A stretch of 64,000 nucleotides of DNA from an uncultured archaeon (GCA_964372465.1 CAYJRA010000001.1:21845-85844); one strand, 5' to 3'. Shown: positions 9,495 through 20,671, counted from the stretch's first letter. The notes: generated by a model from the letters alone, not told the origin. Made by a program: numbers and translations.

Positions 9495-10455
9495 TGTCAA
9501 TATGGAACAACCAGAAGTATCAATTGTCATCACTGCCTACAATGAAGAAAAGGATATACCAAATCTTTTGAACTCTCTGATGAAAATAAATTATCCTAAA
9601 AACAAATTAGAAATTATAGTTGTTGATGACGGTTCAACTGATAATACAAGAAAAATATTAATGAAATATAAAAATATAAAAACTATTAAAGGACCACACA
9701 AAGGCATGGGTAATGCCAGGAACCTTGGGTGGAGAAATTCTAAAGGTAATATAATAATTTTTATTGATGCAGACATGGTACTACATAAAAATTACGTAAA
9801 AGAAATCGTGAAAAAATTTCAAGAAGATGAAGATATAGACAGCGTTGAAGGCAATGAAAAACTATATAATAAAAGTAAATTCATAGCAGAAATGCTGCAC
9901 CTGAGACACGAATTGGGGTGGTCGCAAGCAAAAAAAAGAATACCCAGAGCTATTAAAAAATATGTTCTAGAAAAATTAAACGGCGTAGACCACAATTATG
10001 GATATTATGTAGATTGGGAGTTGTTTTATAGAATGTGTAAATCCGGATATAGAATAGAATACGCACCAAAGGCTATTTTATGGCATAAACAAATAGAGGA
10101 CTGGGAAGAATTAGCAAAACAGGGCAGATGGATGGGTAGATCAATGATATTCTCATTAGCAAAACATAAACTAGAAACTATTAAAAAAATCGGTTTTACT
10201 TTGTTGTTAACTTTTCTCCCATTATATATTTTTCTGCTTTTATTTCCGATGCCGTTAAGATTTTTTGGTATAATAAGTTTCTCTGTTTTTTTATTCGTAG
10301 AATTTAAAAGAACAATAAAAATGTTTTTAATAACAAAAAAATTAAAATCCTTCATAACCCCCATTTTTGATTTCATTTCTATGTCATTTGTGTTTTTAGG
10401 CATGCTAGATAAAATATTCAATATAAAATTAAGAAAGGTTAAGGGAAGAATATAA
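9487..10455 (+). CDS. Glycosyltransferase, GT2 family (C-terminal TM helices)
   Basis: VSIVITAYNEEKDIPNLLNSL, VVDDGSTDNT, IFIDADMV (DxD). An alternative ATG start lies at 9502. Confidence 0.8.
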   Translation: MNSVNMEQPEVSIVITAYNEEKDIPNLLNSLMKINYPKNKLEIIVVDDGSTDNTRKILMKYKNIKTIKGPHKGMGNARNLGWRNSKGNIIIFIDADMVLHKNYVKEIVKKFQEDEDIDSVEGNEKLYNKSKFIAEMLHLRHELGWSQAKKRIPRAIKKYVLEKLNGVDHNYGYYVDWELFYRMCKSGYRIEYAPKAILWHKQIEDWEELAKQGRWMGRSMIFSLAKHKLETIKKIGFTLLLTFLPLYIFLLLFPMPLRFFGIISFSVFLFVEFKRTIKMFLITKKLKSFITPIFDFISMSFVFLGMLDKIFNIKLRKVKGRI

Positions 10456-10495
10456 TATTATTAGGTTTATTATATTAAAGTTCTAGAATAATTCC

Positions 10496-11395
10496 ATGAC
10501 ACTACCAATTTTTGATATCGGAAAAGATTTCCTGCCTTCTGGCATACAATCGCTACTGGCTAAAATATATTGGGACATAAAAAATTTTCTGAAATATGGA
10601 ACAACTGATATGTTCAAGGCGGTGGAAATGGAAACCATATCCGTTTGCAACAGAAGATGTGTTTATTGCCCTGTAAGATATTATAAGAGGGAATCCAAAT
10701 TAATGAACGAAAAGCTGTTCAAAAAAATAATCAGTGATTTGGCAGAAATAAATTTCTCCGGAAGAATATCCCCGCATTTCTATGGAGAACCGTTGTTGGA
10801 TAAAAGATTACCCAGGTTGATGAAATATGCAAAAAGTAAATTACCAAATTGCAAAATAGTAATATTTACTAATGGGGATTTTCTAGATAAACAAACATTC
10901 GACAAGTTAATAGAAAGCGGCGTAGATAAATTCTTAATAACACAACATGGGGAAGGTATGTCTGTTACAATAAAAGACTTATTTAAAGAATTAACATTGT
11001 GGCAAAAAAAAAGATATATACATTATCGTGTTTACACAATGCAAAATACGGAATTATCAAATCGGGGTGGTTTGGTTGATCCACAAAATATGATTAAAAT
11101 GAAATTCTGCCCGTTGCCTTCAGATATAGTGGTAATAGATTATAATGGGCATGCTATTTTGTGTTGCAATGATTATTTTTCCCAGCATGCTTTTGGGGAT
11201 GTAAATAAAGAAAATTTGATTGATATATGGAACAAACTGATGTGGCAAAAAATCAGACAGGACTTGATGAAAGGAATATTTGGTTGGGAAATCTGTAAAA
11301 TATGCGTTGGATTGAAACCGACCCCAGAAAACCCACCAAATTATGTTGCTCCTGCAGATAAGGAATTTTTAGAACAAATAAAAAACATGAAATAA
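10496..11395 (+). CDS. Radical SAM protein with Cys-rich (SPASM/twitch-like) C-terminus
   Basis: CxxxCxxC cluster motif ISVCNRRCVYCP. C-terminal cysteines FCPLP...LCCNDYF...EICKIC. Confidence 0.7.
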   Translation: MTLPIFDIGKDFLPSGIQSLLAKIYWDIKNFLKYGTTDMFKAVEMETISVCNRRCVYCPVRYYKRESKLMNEKLFKKIISDLAEINFSGRISPHFYGEPLLDKRLPRLMKYAKSKLPNCKIVIFTNGDFLDKQTFDKLIESGVDKFLITQHGEGMSVTIKDLFKELTLWQKKRYIHYRVYTMQNTELSNRGGLVDPQNMIKMKFCPLPSDIVVIDYNGHAILCCNDYFSQHAFGDVNKENLIDIWNKLMWQKIRQDLMKGIFGWEICKICVGLKPTPENPPNYVAPADKEFLEQIKNMK

Positions 11396-11396
11396 A

Positions 11397-13100
11397 CTAA
11401 ACTTTCAATAATAATTTATCCTTTGGAATCAAAGTTGAGTTCGAATAATTTATCTCATAAAGAATTGTCCCGTCACAACCGCCCTGTAGCTTACATTGCG
11501 GTAATTTGGGACCGTTTTCATATATATTCTTAAAATGTTCTGGATTTTCTTCTAAAAATTCAACAAAACTTATTGGATATCTTTCCGTTAATTTTTCGTC
11601 ATTCCAGCCTATCCAAGATTTCTCTATAAAAATATGGGTAGAACCCTGCATTTTTAGGACAGATAATGCTAAAGTTAAGTTTTTACTCAACACCACATCC
11701 CCGCCGCCTCCACCAATCTCTCTTTGACAGTTATAAGCAGTTGTTCCGGCTCGTATAACAACACCCAGCCTGGAATTTTTTGGTGTGTTCTCTTTAATCC
11801 ATTTGCAAGCTTCGGCATACGCTGGTGAGAATGAGCCTTCTTTAATTTTTTCCATTAGTTTGACTTTTCCTATATAATTATAGTAACTGAAAACAAGGAC
11901 AGAAACAAATATTATCAAGGCAAGATATCTGTAATGTTTGCGTACGAATTCATAAATTTTTTCCAGATAATTTGCGCATATTAATGCTATAAATGGAACC
12001 AGAGGTAATAAAAATCTAGATGTGTCTTCTGCTCTCCCAGGGAACGCAAAATAAGCAACTGGTAAAAATGATGCCATTGCCGCTAAAACTGCAATATCTG
12101 CTTTGTTTTTTCTAAATAAGAGTAAGAAAAATCCAAGAATAAAAAACAAGGGAATAAATATTATAGAACCATATGAAAACTCAAAATAATTCATTATTCC
12201 CATTTTAAAGGCGTTGCCTTCCACACCACTCTCCTCAGTTCTACCCTCATATTTATTTTTTTCCTCGTACGAAGATCTCTTATAGCAGGTTGCATCGCTT
12301 ATCAGAGGTAATGGCGCACAAATAGTTTTGTAATAAACAAAATTTCTCAAAACAAATGAACCGGCCAATATTAGAAAAATAAAAGCAACTGGTATGAATT
12401 CCTTTAAAACGTATGAGATTTTTTTCTTTTCTACTAATCTGAGTAGAAACATAAACAATAAAAGAAGAGGTATCACTGTATATCCGGGTGTTTTAGCCAA
12501 AAATGATAATCCAGAAAAAATACCGCCCAGAATCCAGTATTTTGGTTTTTCTGTCAATAAAGCAAGTATCAATGACATACCAGCAAGAGAGAAATACAGT
12601 GAGAAAAGTGTATCTTTATATGCTAAAAGAGAGTATGTAACCATCGATGGTGTTGCAACAGCTATAACAGCCGCCATTACTCCTACTTCTTTGTTGAAAA
12701 TTCTTTTTCCCAGAACATATGTTGATAAGCCTATAAGGATTACGCCTATAAACGGCGGGAGAATTTTAATTATAAATTCATGAAACCCGAATGTTGAAAA
12801 AAAACCACCCAAAATCAAATGCCAAAGTGGGTTGTCAAAAAATCCGTTCTTTGAATCCTCGGAGCCTAAAACAGGATTCCATACTGGATAATCTTTGTTC
12901 TCTCCAATATATTTTGCTAATATAGAATGGTATCCTTCATCTCCGAATGCCAAGCCTCTAGACAATATTGCCCTAAATTCCAAGAATGAAAATATAGACA
13001 ATACAAGAAGTAAAAACAGTATTTCTGGTTTTGGGATTTCTAGTGTAATCTCTTTATCTTTTGCCATTTTAATTCTTTTATTTTCATTTAATTTAAACAA
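11397..13100 (-). CDS. GT-C fold membrane glycosyltransferase (PMT_2/ArnT-like, GT39/83-type)
   Basis: About 11 TM helices plus a C-terminal soluble domain. First-loop acidic motif FGDEGYHSILAKY. A possible later start is MAKDKE at 13067. Confidence 0.6.
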   Translation of the reverse strand: MFKLNENKRIKMAKDKEITLEIPKPEILFLLLVLSIFSFLEFRAILSRGLAFGDEGYHSILAKYIGENKDYPVWNPVLGSEDSKNGFFDNPLWHLILGGFFSTFGFHEFIIKILPPFIGVILIGLSTYVLGKRIFNKEVGVMAAVIAVATPSMVTYSLLAYKDTLFSLYFSLAGMSLILALLTEKPKYWILGGIFSGLSFLAKTPGYTVIPLLLLFMFLLRLVEKKKISYVLKEFIPVAFIFLILAGSFVLRNFVYYKTICAPLPLISDATCYKRSSYEEKNKYEGRTEESGVEGNAFKMGIMNYFEFSYGSIIFIPLFFILGFFLLLFRKNKADIAVLAAMASFLPVAYFAFPGRAEDTSRFLLPLVPFIALICANYLEKIYEFVRKHYRYLALIIFVSVLVFSYYNYIGKVKLMEKIKEGSFSPAYAEACKWIKENTPKNSRLGVVIRAGTTAYNCQREIGGGGGDVVLSKNLTLALSVLKMQGSTHIFIEKSWIGWNDEKLTERYPISFVEFLEENPEHFKNIYENGPKLPQCKLQGGCDGTILYEINYSNSTLIPKDKLLLKV

Positions 13101-13192
13101 TATAGCTTAAAATAGGAACACTCAAGATTTATAAAAGTAATGTTATTTATAAAATATAATGAAATATAACACCGTTAATTATAAGTGATAAA

Positions 13193-14737
13193 ATGAAAAT
13201 ACTATTATTAAATTCTCCGTACAGAGTAAAAATCAGTAAGGACAGTAGGTGGCCAGAATTTACCAAATCCGGTACATTATATTATCCTTTTTGGCTTAGT
13301 TATGCAACAGGAGTATTGATGGATTCCAACAAACATAAACCATTATTAGTGGATGCTGTGGCCAAAGAAATGAGTCAGGAAGAAACACTAAAATTGGTTG
13401 AAATTTTTGATCCTGAAATGGTAGTTGTTGAGACTTCGACTCCAACGATACACAGTGATATAGATTTTGTTGATAAAATAAAGGAAAGAAAAAATACTAT
13501 TATTGTTGTGGCTGGAAAACATGTCAGCGCTTTGCCGATAGAAACAATGCAGATGTCGAAAAACATCGATTTTCTTGCTAGAGGAGAATATGACTATACA
13601 ATAAAAGATATAGCAGATGCATTAGAAAAACACAACTTCAAAAAAAACAAAAAACCGTTCAGACAAATACCTGGAATTTCTTTCAGAGAAAACAAAACTA
13701 TAATAAACACGCCTCCCAGGCCACTGATCCAGAATTTAGATTTTTTACCGTTTGTTTCAAAAGTATATAAAGAATTTCTTAGTGTCTATGATTACAGATA
13801 TGCTCTATCTAGATATCCTATGTTACAAACATGGACTAGTAGAGGATGTCCAGCTAGATGCAATTATTGTGATTATCCACAAGTCTTCACAATGCACACA
13901 TTCAGAATGAGAACGCCTGAAAATGTAGTGGATGAGATTGAATTTATAGATAAAAAATTACCCCAAGTCAGAGAAATTTTCTTTGAAGATGATACTTTTA
14001 CTATCAATAGAGATAGAGTAATGGCTATTTGCAAAGAAATAAAGGGAAGGGGACTGGATGTTGTTTGGTCATGTAATGCAAGAGCGCAATTAGATTATGA
14101 ATTAATGAAGACTATGAAAGATGCTGGCGCAAGAATTCTTATAGTTGGTTATGAAAGCGGGAATCAACAGATATTGAATAATATTAGAAAAGGAGTAACA
14201 CTAACTCAAGCAGAAAGATTCACAAGGGATGCGAAAAGAACTGGATTAAGAATATTTGGTTGTTTTATGATTGGCCTTTCAGGAGACACAAAAGAAAGTA
14301 TAGAACAAACATTTCAATTTGCAAAAAAAATGAACCCTGATATGGTATTTTTCCAACAGGCTGTACCTTTTCCAGGAACTGAATTTTATGAATGGGCAAA
14401 ACACAATAGTTATCTTGTGACAGAAAATTATGAACAGTGGTTGGATGAAAACGGACAATTAAAATGTTTGATTAATTATCCTCACCTAACATCAAATGAA
14501 ATCAATGAATTGAGAGATAAATTAATGATAAGATTCTATACAAACCCCAAACACATGTGGCAAACAATCACCAAAAATCTGGATCCGGTAGAAGGTGTTA
14601 GAGTTGTTAGATATGGTCTGAGTTATGCTGCCTATTTAATGAAAAGAATGACAGGAAGTAGGAAAGTGATGGGCGTTGCGAATAGTAATGGGAAAATCTT
14701 AACATCGGCGGAAGATAATCAGTCAATACTACACTAA
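13193..14737 (+). CDS. B12-binding-domain radical SAM enzyme (class B)
   Basis: N-terminal Rossmann-like B12-type region (KILLLNSP...VVVETSTP...IVVAGKHVSALP), then WTSRGCPARCNYCDYP (CxxxCxxC). Confidence 0.8.
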   Translation: MKILLLNSPYRVKISKDSRWPEFTKSGTLYYPFWLSYATGVLMDSNKHKPLLVDAVAKEMSQEETLKLVEIFDPEMVVVETSTPTIHSDIDFVDKIKERKNTIIVVAGKHVSALPIETMQMSKNIDFLARGEYDYTIKDIADALEKHNFKKNKKPFRQIPGISFRENKTIINTPPRPLIQNLDFLPFVSKVYKEFLSVYDYRYALSRYPMLQTWTSRGCPARCNYCDYPQVFTMHTFRMRTPENVVDEIEFIDKKLPQVREIFFEDDTFTINRDRVMAICKEIKGRGLDVVWSCNARAQLDYELMKTMKDAGARILIVGYESGNQQILNNIRKGVTLTQAERFTRDAKRTGLRIFGCFMIGLSGDTKESIEQTFQFAKKMNPDMVFFQQAVPFPGTEFYEWAKHNSYLVTENYEQWLDENGQLKCLINYPHLTSNEINELRDKLMIRFYTNPKHMWQTITKNLDPVEGVRVVRYGLSYAAYLMKRMTGSRKVMGVANSNGKILTSAEDNQSILH

Positions 14738-14783
14738 AAAAGAACTTTTTGTATTGATTCAACTATAATTTTAATGTGAAACA

Positions 14784-15839
14784 ATGAAAATTTTAATGAC
14801 TCAAGAATTTTTTCAGCCTGATATTGTGGGTGGTGGCGAAATTCTTTCATTAAAGATTGCGAAAGAATTAGAAATGATGGGACATGAAGTTAAGGTAATA
14901 TGTTCAGGTAATAGTAAAATAAAAAAGTATGAAGGTATAGAAACTATCAGAATACCTATAAACAGATATCTGATGAACTTAACCTTTCCACTAATAAATA
15001 AGCATATAAAAGACGTAGACTTGGTACACACAAGTAGTGGTAATGTGTGCTACGCTTCATATTTAGCTGCTAAATTTTCAAAAAAACCTATTCTTTGCTA
15101 TATTAATCATATTTTTGGAGATAATTGGAAGTTTGTAAAGAGTCCTATTATTGGAATGGCCTTCAAGACAATGGAAAAGTTCTATTTAGTTAGAGACTAC
15201 GATGCCTTTGTTTTTCAAAATAACTTATCAAAAAAAATTGGAATTGAAATGGGAATTGACGAAAAAAGAATTTATATGGCAACTCCAGGTATAGAATTTA
15301 AAAAATATTCACACAAAAATAAAAAAGATCAATATGTTTTATTTGTTGGTAATTTTTCCATGGATGAATCAATAGCTAAAATTAAGGGGTTAGATAATTT
15401 AATTGAAGCTGCAAAAATATTGAAAGAAGTAGACTTTATGATAGTTGGTGGTGGAGGTTATATAGAAAAAATGACGACATATGCTCCAAAAAATGTGTCA
15501 TTTACTGGACCATTAAAAGGTAGGGATTTAATAAATATTTATAAAAAAGCTTCAATTTTTTGTTTGCCGTCCTTAACAGAAGGTTTTGGAATAACAATAT
15601 TAGAAGCTATGGCATCTGGTTGTGCTATAGTATCAACAGTGGACATAGGACAATGGGGAAAAATAATGAATTCGAACTCCACAAATGAGATAGTGAAAAA
15701 TATAAGATATTATATAGAAAATCCGCAAAAAGCAAAAAAAGATGGTATAGAAAACATGAGAATTGCTAAAAAATACGCTTGGCCATCATTTTTAAAAAGA
15801 TTAACAAACATTTATGATTCTATAACAATAAAGAGATAA
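14784..15839 (+). CDS. Glycosyltransferase, GT4 family
   Basis: MKILMTQEFFQPDIVGGGE at the N-terminus. EGFGITILEAMASGCAIVST motif. Confidence 0.8.
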   Translation: MKILMTQEFFQPDIVGGGEILSLKIAKELEMMGHEVKVICSGNSKIKKYEGIETIRIPINRYLMNLTFPLINKHIKDVDLVHTSSGNVCYASYLAAKFSKKPILCYINHIFGDNWKFVKSPIIGMAFKTMEKFYLVRDYDAFVFQNNLSKKIGIEMGIDEKRIYMATPGIEFKKYSHKNKKDQYVLFVGNFSMDESIAKIKGLDNLIEAAKILKEVDFMIVGGGGYIEKMTTYAPKNVSFTGPLKGRDLINIYKKASIFCLPSLTEGFGITILEAMASGCAIVSTVDIGQWGKIMNSNSTNEIVKNIRYYIENPQKAKKDGIENMRIAKKYAWPSFLKRLTNIYDSITIKR

Positions 15840-15845
15840 GGTTCT

Positions 15846-18050
15846 ATGAAATTTCAAAAAGTAAAATTAAATTTTTTGATATCAGCTGTGTTTTTGGCGT
15901 TGTTGGTTTTTATAGCATACAAAAGTAGAACAGCTCAAATTCCTGATTTAGTTGCAGATTATGATCCATGGTGGTTCTACAGACATGCGAAAGAAATATT
16001 GGACAATAATTTGAAACCACCTAGTTGGGATATTTTATCTTTTTTCCCTCCTGGTAGACCCTTTCCAACAAGTAGCGGGTGGCTCTATACAATAATTTTG
16101 TTTTACAAAATACTGAACATTTTTGCAGAAACAACATTTATGAAAGCTGCAATTCTTTCACCCGCAATAATGACAGCACTTAGTGTAATACCTGCTTATT
16201 TTCTAGGTAAAAGACTGTCAAATGAATGGGGTGGTGTGGCAACCGCTATATTTGCCGTGATGACACCTGTTTTTATTGGTGTATCTTTGGCTGGCTATTT
16301 AGATACAGACGTTGTTGTTGTATTTTATTCTTACCTGTGCGTATATGCAATGTTTCTTGCAATGAAAAATCCTAAATGGTATTTTATAGCGTTTGCTGTA
16401 ATGACAAATTTATTATTTGTTTATAGTTGGTGGTTTGGATGGTATGTAATTTTATTCTTTTCAACTTTAATACCATTGATATTTTTAGTAAATTTTATCA
16501 AGCACTATAAACGAAACAATGGAAAAATAAACCTTAAAGAATTTTTGAGGGAGTTAAAAGAGCCTTTATTGCCTCTAATAACTATAGTAATACTTACAAA
16601 TATAATCGGTGAATTAATCGGACTTAGCAATGTTATTATATTTGTTTTAACTGCCTCTGGATTTAGACTGGGTCAAGGTGTCATAGTAAACGTTTCAGTG
16701 GCAGAATTACAACCAGTGGATGTATTAACAAAATCCGGATTTAACTCAGTTATCCAAAGGATAGGAACAATACCATCATATTTCATGCTTATAGGATTAC
16801 CTATTTTAGTTGTATACAAACTATATAAAAAAGAAAAAATAAGTGTTGAAGAAATTTTCTTGTTCTTTTGGGGATCAATAACATTTCTGATAATCCTTAA
16901 TGGAGTTAGGTTTGCTTTGCTTTTCTCGGTAGCTGTAGCGGCTTCAGCCGGTTATGTTATAGGAAATATAATAAACTATATAAAAAACAAAGAAACTCTG
17001 TTGAAGTCAACAATTTTTGGTTTGTTGATTTTCCTCTTAATATTATATACTTCACAAACGCTAGCCATATCGATGAATTCTGGTGGATACGATATAAGTT
17101 CTAACTGGATAAGTATGTTGGATTGGCTAAAAAGCAATGCTAACAAAAAATCTTTGGTTACAACGTGGTGGGATCCTGGCCATATAATTGCAGGCTATAC
17201 TGGATTAAGAGTTCATGGTGATGGCGCCCATTGCGGACCAACAGAATGCATTCCATACAACCATAATGACAGAATACAAGACATGGGAAAGATAATGTCA
17301 ACTAACAATGAAACGGAAGCAGTAAAAATTCTTAAAAAATATACTCAATTAAAACCTGAAGATTGCGAGAAGGTAAAGATCAAATACGGCGATATAGTAC
17401 CTAAAGAGGCTTGTGAAAGTATATCTGATGTTTATTTCATATCAAGCAGTGATTTAATTGGTAAGTTTACATGGATGAATTATTTCGGTGGTTATAGATC
17501 ACCAATAGGATCTCGTGACGACTTCTTAAAAAATCCAGGATCTTGCTGTGCGTCAACACCAAAAACAGAAGATGGGCAAATGTCATGCGGTGAATTCAGT
17601 TATCAAAACAGAGGTGTTTGGGTTTGGTGTCCTTGGATCTTAAGTTTACAAAGAGATCAAACAGGTAAACCTATTGTAATGGCAAACAAAGATGGTAGCA
17701 ATGTATTTTCATATGATTATGGTGGTACTGGTCTAAGGTTTAGTATAGTACAAAGAAATGACACAATAATACCTATCTATAATAATAAATTTGTAATAAC
17801 TAATCTAATGTTTTTCAAAGAAAGTGGAGAAGTACAATTGGTTGATTTATCTGACTACCCAACAAAACTGGAAAAAATAGATGGGTTACTGTGGATACAA
17901 CCCGGTTTTGAAAATGCAATATATTTTGCACCACAAATAAAGGACAGTGTGTTCGTAAAAACATTTTTCTTTAATGGTGAAGGTTTAAACAACTTTGAAT
18001 TAGTGTACTCCAATCCAGAAATAAAAATGTTTAAAATCAAAATTAATTAA
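15846..18050 (+). CDS. aglB: Archaeal oligosaccharyltransferase AglB (STT3 family)
   Basis: About 13 TM helices. First-loop acidic motif ADYDPWWFYRH. The WWDYG-type catalytic motif is present as TTWWDPGH. A ~270-aa C-terminal soluble domain follows. Confidence 0.85.
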   Translation: MKFQKVKLNFLISAVFLALLVFIAYKSRTAQIPDLVADYDPWWFYRHAKEILDNNLKPPSWDILSFFPPGRPFPTSSGWLYTIILFYKILNIFAETTFMKAAILSPAIMTALSVIPAYFLGKRLSNEWGGVATAIFAVMTPVFIGVSLAGYLDTDVVVVFYSYLCVYAMFLAMKNPKWYFIAFAVMTNLLFVYSWWFGWYVILFFSTLIPLIFLVNFIKHYKRNNGKINLKEFLRELKEPLLPLITIVILTNIIGELIGLSNVIIFVLTASGFRLGQGVIVNVSVAELQPVDVLTKSGFNSVIQRIGTIPSYFMLIGLPILVVYKLYKKEKISVEEIFLFFWGSITFLIILNGVRFALLFSVAVAASAGYVIGNIINYIKNKETLLKSTIFGLLIFLLILYTSQTLAISMNSGGYDISSNWISMLDWLKSNANKKSLVTTWWDPGHIIAGYTGLRVHGDGAHCGPTECIPYNHNDRIQDMGKIMSTNNETEAVKILKKYTQLKPEDCEKVKIKYGDIVPKEACESISDVYFISSSDLIGKFTWMNYFGGYRSPIGSRDDFLKNPGSCCASTPKTEDGQMSCGEFSYQNRGVWVWCPWILSLQRDQTGKPIVMANKDGSNVFSYDYGGTGLRFSIVQRNDTIIPIYNNKFVITNLMFFKESGEVQLVDLSDYPTKLEKIDGLLWIQPGFENAIYFAPQIKDSVFVKTFFFNGEGLNNFELVYSNPEIKMFKIKIN

Positions 18051-19543
18051 ATTCTATCAATTATTTTATTGAGATAGCTCAATTTAGCTTTATTCAAAAG
18101 AGATTTTATTATACGCTTATCATCATACTGATAGAACTTAAAAATTACTAACAACAAAAAATACGAAATAAACGAAATACCGCAAACAAAAATTAACAAA
18201 AATGGATTATTTAAATGCGATTTCAAAAATATCCATGGTAAGAAAACCATAGTAGAAACTAAAAGAATTTTAAATAAATCAATAAATGGAAATTGTAATT
18301 TCATGATTTTTCTTAAATTTAAAAAACTTAAAACGAAAAATATCATCATAGTTAACAAATAGCTAATTGATATGCCGATATCTCCTTTTACATATGATAA
18401 CACGGGAGTTAAAATAAGGAATATAGAAGATACTATTAACAAAATATGCTTATATGTTGCGGGGTTTTTTGCAGCATATATAGCATTGTTAAATCCTGTT
18501 GCAAGTGCCATTATTAATGATGATACAGAAAGAATTGGAATTAAATATTTAGCACTTATATAATTTTGATTTGAAAATAACAAAATAATGTTTTCACCAA
18601 ATATTGAAAAGGTAAAAATAATTGGGATGGTAAAAAAAATCGAATATTTCACTGTGTATTCTAATAATCTAACTGATTGATTTTTGCTTTTATTTGTTGA
18701 CAATTCTGATAAAATTGGAAATATGGATAATGATAAAATGTTGGGTATAACAGCTATGACAGAAGATATCAGCATGCCTACACCAAATATACCAGTTAAC
18801 TGAACGTTTTTCACTATAGACAGAATAATATATTGTGAATTCGTAAAAAGAGAATTGGAAAACGTACTTAACAAACCAGGTATGCTATATTCAAACAGTT
18901 CTTTATCATATAAACTTTCTATTTTAAATGTTATCATTTTTGGTGTAAAAAGTAATATTAACCAAACAACACTACCGAACAAAAAACCTATTATTGGACT
19001 CAAATATCTAAACCCCAGTAAAATTAATAAAAAACACACGAAAAATTTGGTTATACCAAATAAACTTCCAGAAATAAAATATCTTTTCATATCCTGAGTA
19101 CCATATATTATATTCCCAAACAAGATGGCCATAGAATAAAAGAAAAACGAAATTAAAGACAGAATCAAGATAGAAATATTTGGTAATTTAAGTAAAATTG
19201 AAATTGGTCTTAAATTAAATATTATGATAGTAAAAACAATGAAATTAGATATAATAACTATAAAAAAGGATTTTGATACTATATTGTTTATTCTATTACC
19301 ATTTCTTTTTTTCAGATATTCTGGAATTAATTTAGCAATTGCTATATTAAATCCGAGTGCTGCAATGCTTGAAACAAATACTGAGAAGTTAATGGCTGTA
19401 ATAGATATGCCAAAGTCTTCTTGAGTCAAATATTTTACTGATATAAGTTGGAAGAGAAAGGAAGAAATTGTGAGTATAGCCCAAACAAAAATCATATAAA
19501 AAGTGTTTGAAATTGTTTTCTTGAAAACTGACATACTAATCAC
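18047..19543 (-). CDS. Oligo/polysaccharide flippase (Wzx/MOP superfamily)
   Basis: 498 aa with about 14 TM helices and no soluble domain. Lies inside the glycan cluster, convergent with aglB with a 4-nt overlap. Confidence 0.65.
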   Translation of the reverse strand: MISMSVFKKTISNTFYMIFVWAILTISSFLFQLISVKYLTQEDFGISITAINFSVFVSSIAALGFNIAIAKLIPEYLKKRNGNRINNIVSKSFFIVIISNFIVFTIIIFNLRPISILLKLPNISILILSLISFFFYSMAILFGNIIYGTQDMKRYFISGSLFGITKFFVCFLLILLGFRYLSPIIGFLFGSVVWLILLFTPKMITFKIESLYDKELFEYSIPGLLSTFSNSLFTNSQYIILSIVKNVQLTGIFGVGMLISSVIAVIPNILSLSIFPILSELSTNKSKNQSVRLLEYTVKYSIFFTIPIIFTFSIFGENIILLFSNQNYISAKYLIPILSVSSLIMALATGFNNAIYAAKNPATYKHILLIVSSIFLILTPVLSYVKGDIGISISYLLTMMIFFVLSFLNLRKIMKLQFPFIDLFKILLVSTMVFLPWIFLKSHLNNPFLLIFVCGISFISYFLLLVIFKFYQYDDKRIIKSLLNKAKLSYLNKIIDRI

Positions 19544-20666
19544 CTTTTAAAACTTCATTATAAACATAAAATGTGTTTTTTATCATCTTTTTTTCATTGA
19601 AATAATTTTTTACCCTTTCTTTTGCATTAATGCCCATTTTTATCCTCAAATTTTTATTATTCATAAGTTCAACAATAGCGTTAGCTAAAGCTTTGCTATC
19701 TCTTGGCTGAACTACTTTTCCAGTAAAGTTATTTATGTTAACATAAGATACACCACTACCGCTAATGTTTGTCGAAATAATAGGTTTTCCAAAGGCCATT
19801 GCTTCTAATTGCACTATTCCAAAGGCTTCTGATTTGTAAATTGATGGTAAAATAAAAATGTCGCAAGAATTATAATATTTTAATAGTCCTTTATCAGAAA
19901 GTTTTCCTACAAACATAACAAAATTGTCAATCATAAGCGATTTCGTTTGTTTTTTTAAATTTTCTTTTAATTCACCATCACCAACTATATAAAGAATAAA
20001 TTTCTGTTTTGCTTTAGAAACTATTTTTATTGCTTCTAAAAGATAGTTCAAGCCTTTGTAAGGAAAAAGTCTGCCAACAAAGAGCAATTTTATTTTATCT
20101 GATTTTATTTTATCTTTTGTTTTAAATTTAGATACATTGATACTAAGTGGTATTACTGAAACTTTTGAATTCAAACTAGACAAAATGAATGAATCTCTGA
20201 CATAATTTGGGCTCGTAGCTATAATTTTTCTACAAAAAATTTTCAACATCGGAAGCAAATATATATATCTAATAAAATTACCAAAAAAATGTATTGGTGT
20301 GTAATTAACAACATCCGAATGATAGGTTACTACAACTTTTGAATTTGGATTAAATATAAGATAAACTAATAAATTAAATTCGAACCATGGATTAGGAATG
20401 TGCAGATGAATTAAATCTGGATTTATCTTTTCTATTAATCCTATTATAGGAATTGTGAAGGGAGCCCTGAAAATTTTTGAAATTTTAGGCAGGCGTATTA
20501 TTTTTATTCCATCAATAATCTCTTTTTTGTATTCATTCGATGAATTAAAAACCACGACGGTAACATCATGACCGGATTTTACAGCCTCTTTGGATATTGC
20601 ATAAGTAGCTCTTTCCACTCCACCAGAATCAGGAAAAAAGTATTTTCCTAAATGAAGTATCCTCAT
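19536..20666 (-). CDS. Glycosyltransferase, GT4 family
   Basis: MRILHLGKYFFPDSGGVERA; SEAFGIVQLEAMAFGKPIISTN. Confidence 0.8.
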   Translation of the reverse strand: MRILHLGKYFFPDSGGVERATYAISKEAVKSGHDVTVVVFNSSNEYKKEIIDGIKIIRLPKISKIFRAPFTIPIIGLIEKINPDLIHLHIPNPWFEFNLLVYLIFNPNSKVVVTYHSDVVNYTPIHFFGNFIRYIYLLPMLKIFCRKIIATSPNYVRDSFILSSLNSKVSVIPLSINVSKFKTKDKIKSDKIKLLFVGRLFPYKGLNYLLEAIKIVSKAKQKFILYIVGDGELKENLKKQTKSLMIDNFVMFVGKLSDKGLLKYYNSCDIFILPSIYKSEAFGIVQLEAMAFGKPIISTNISGSGVSYVNINNFTGKVVQPRDSKALANAIVELMNNKNLRIKMGINAKERVKNYFNEKKMIKNTFYVYNEVLKGD

Positions 20667-20671
20667 TTTTA

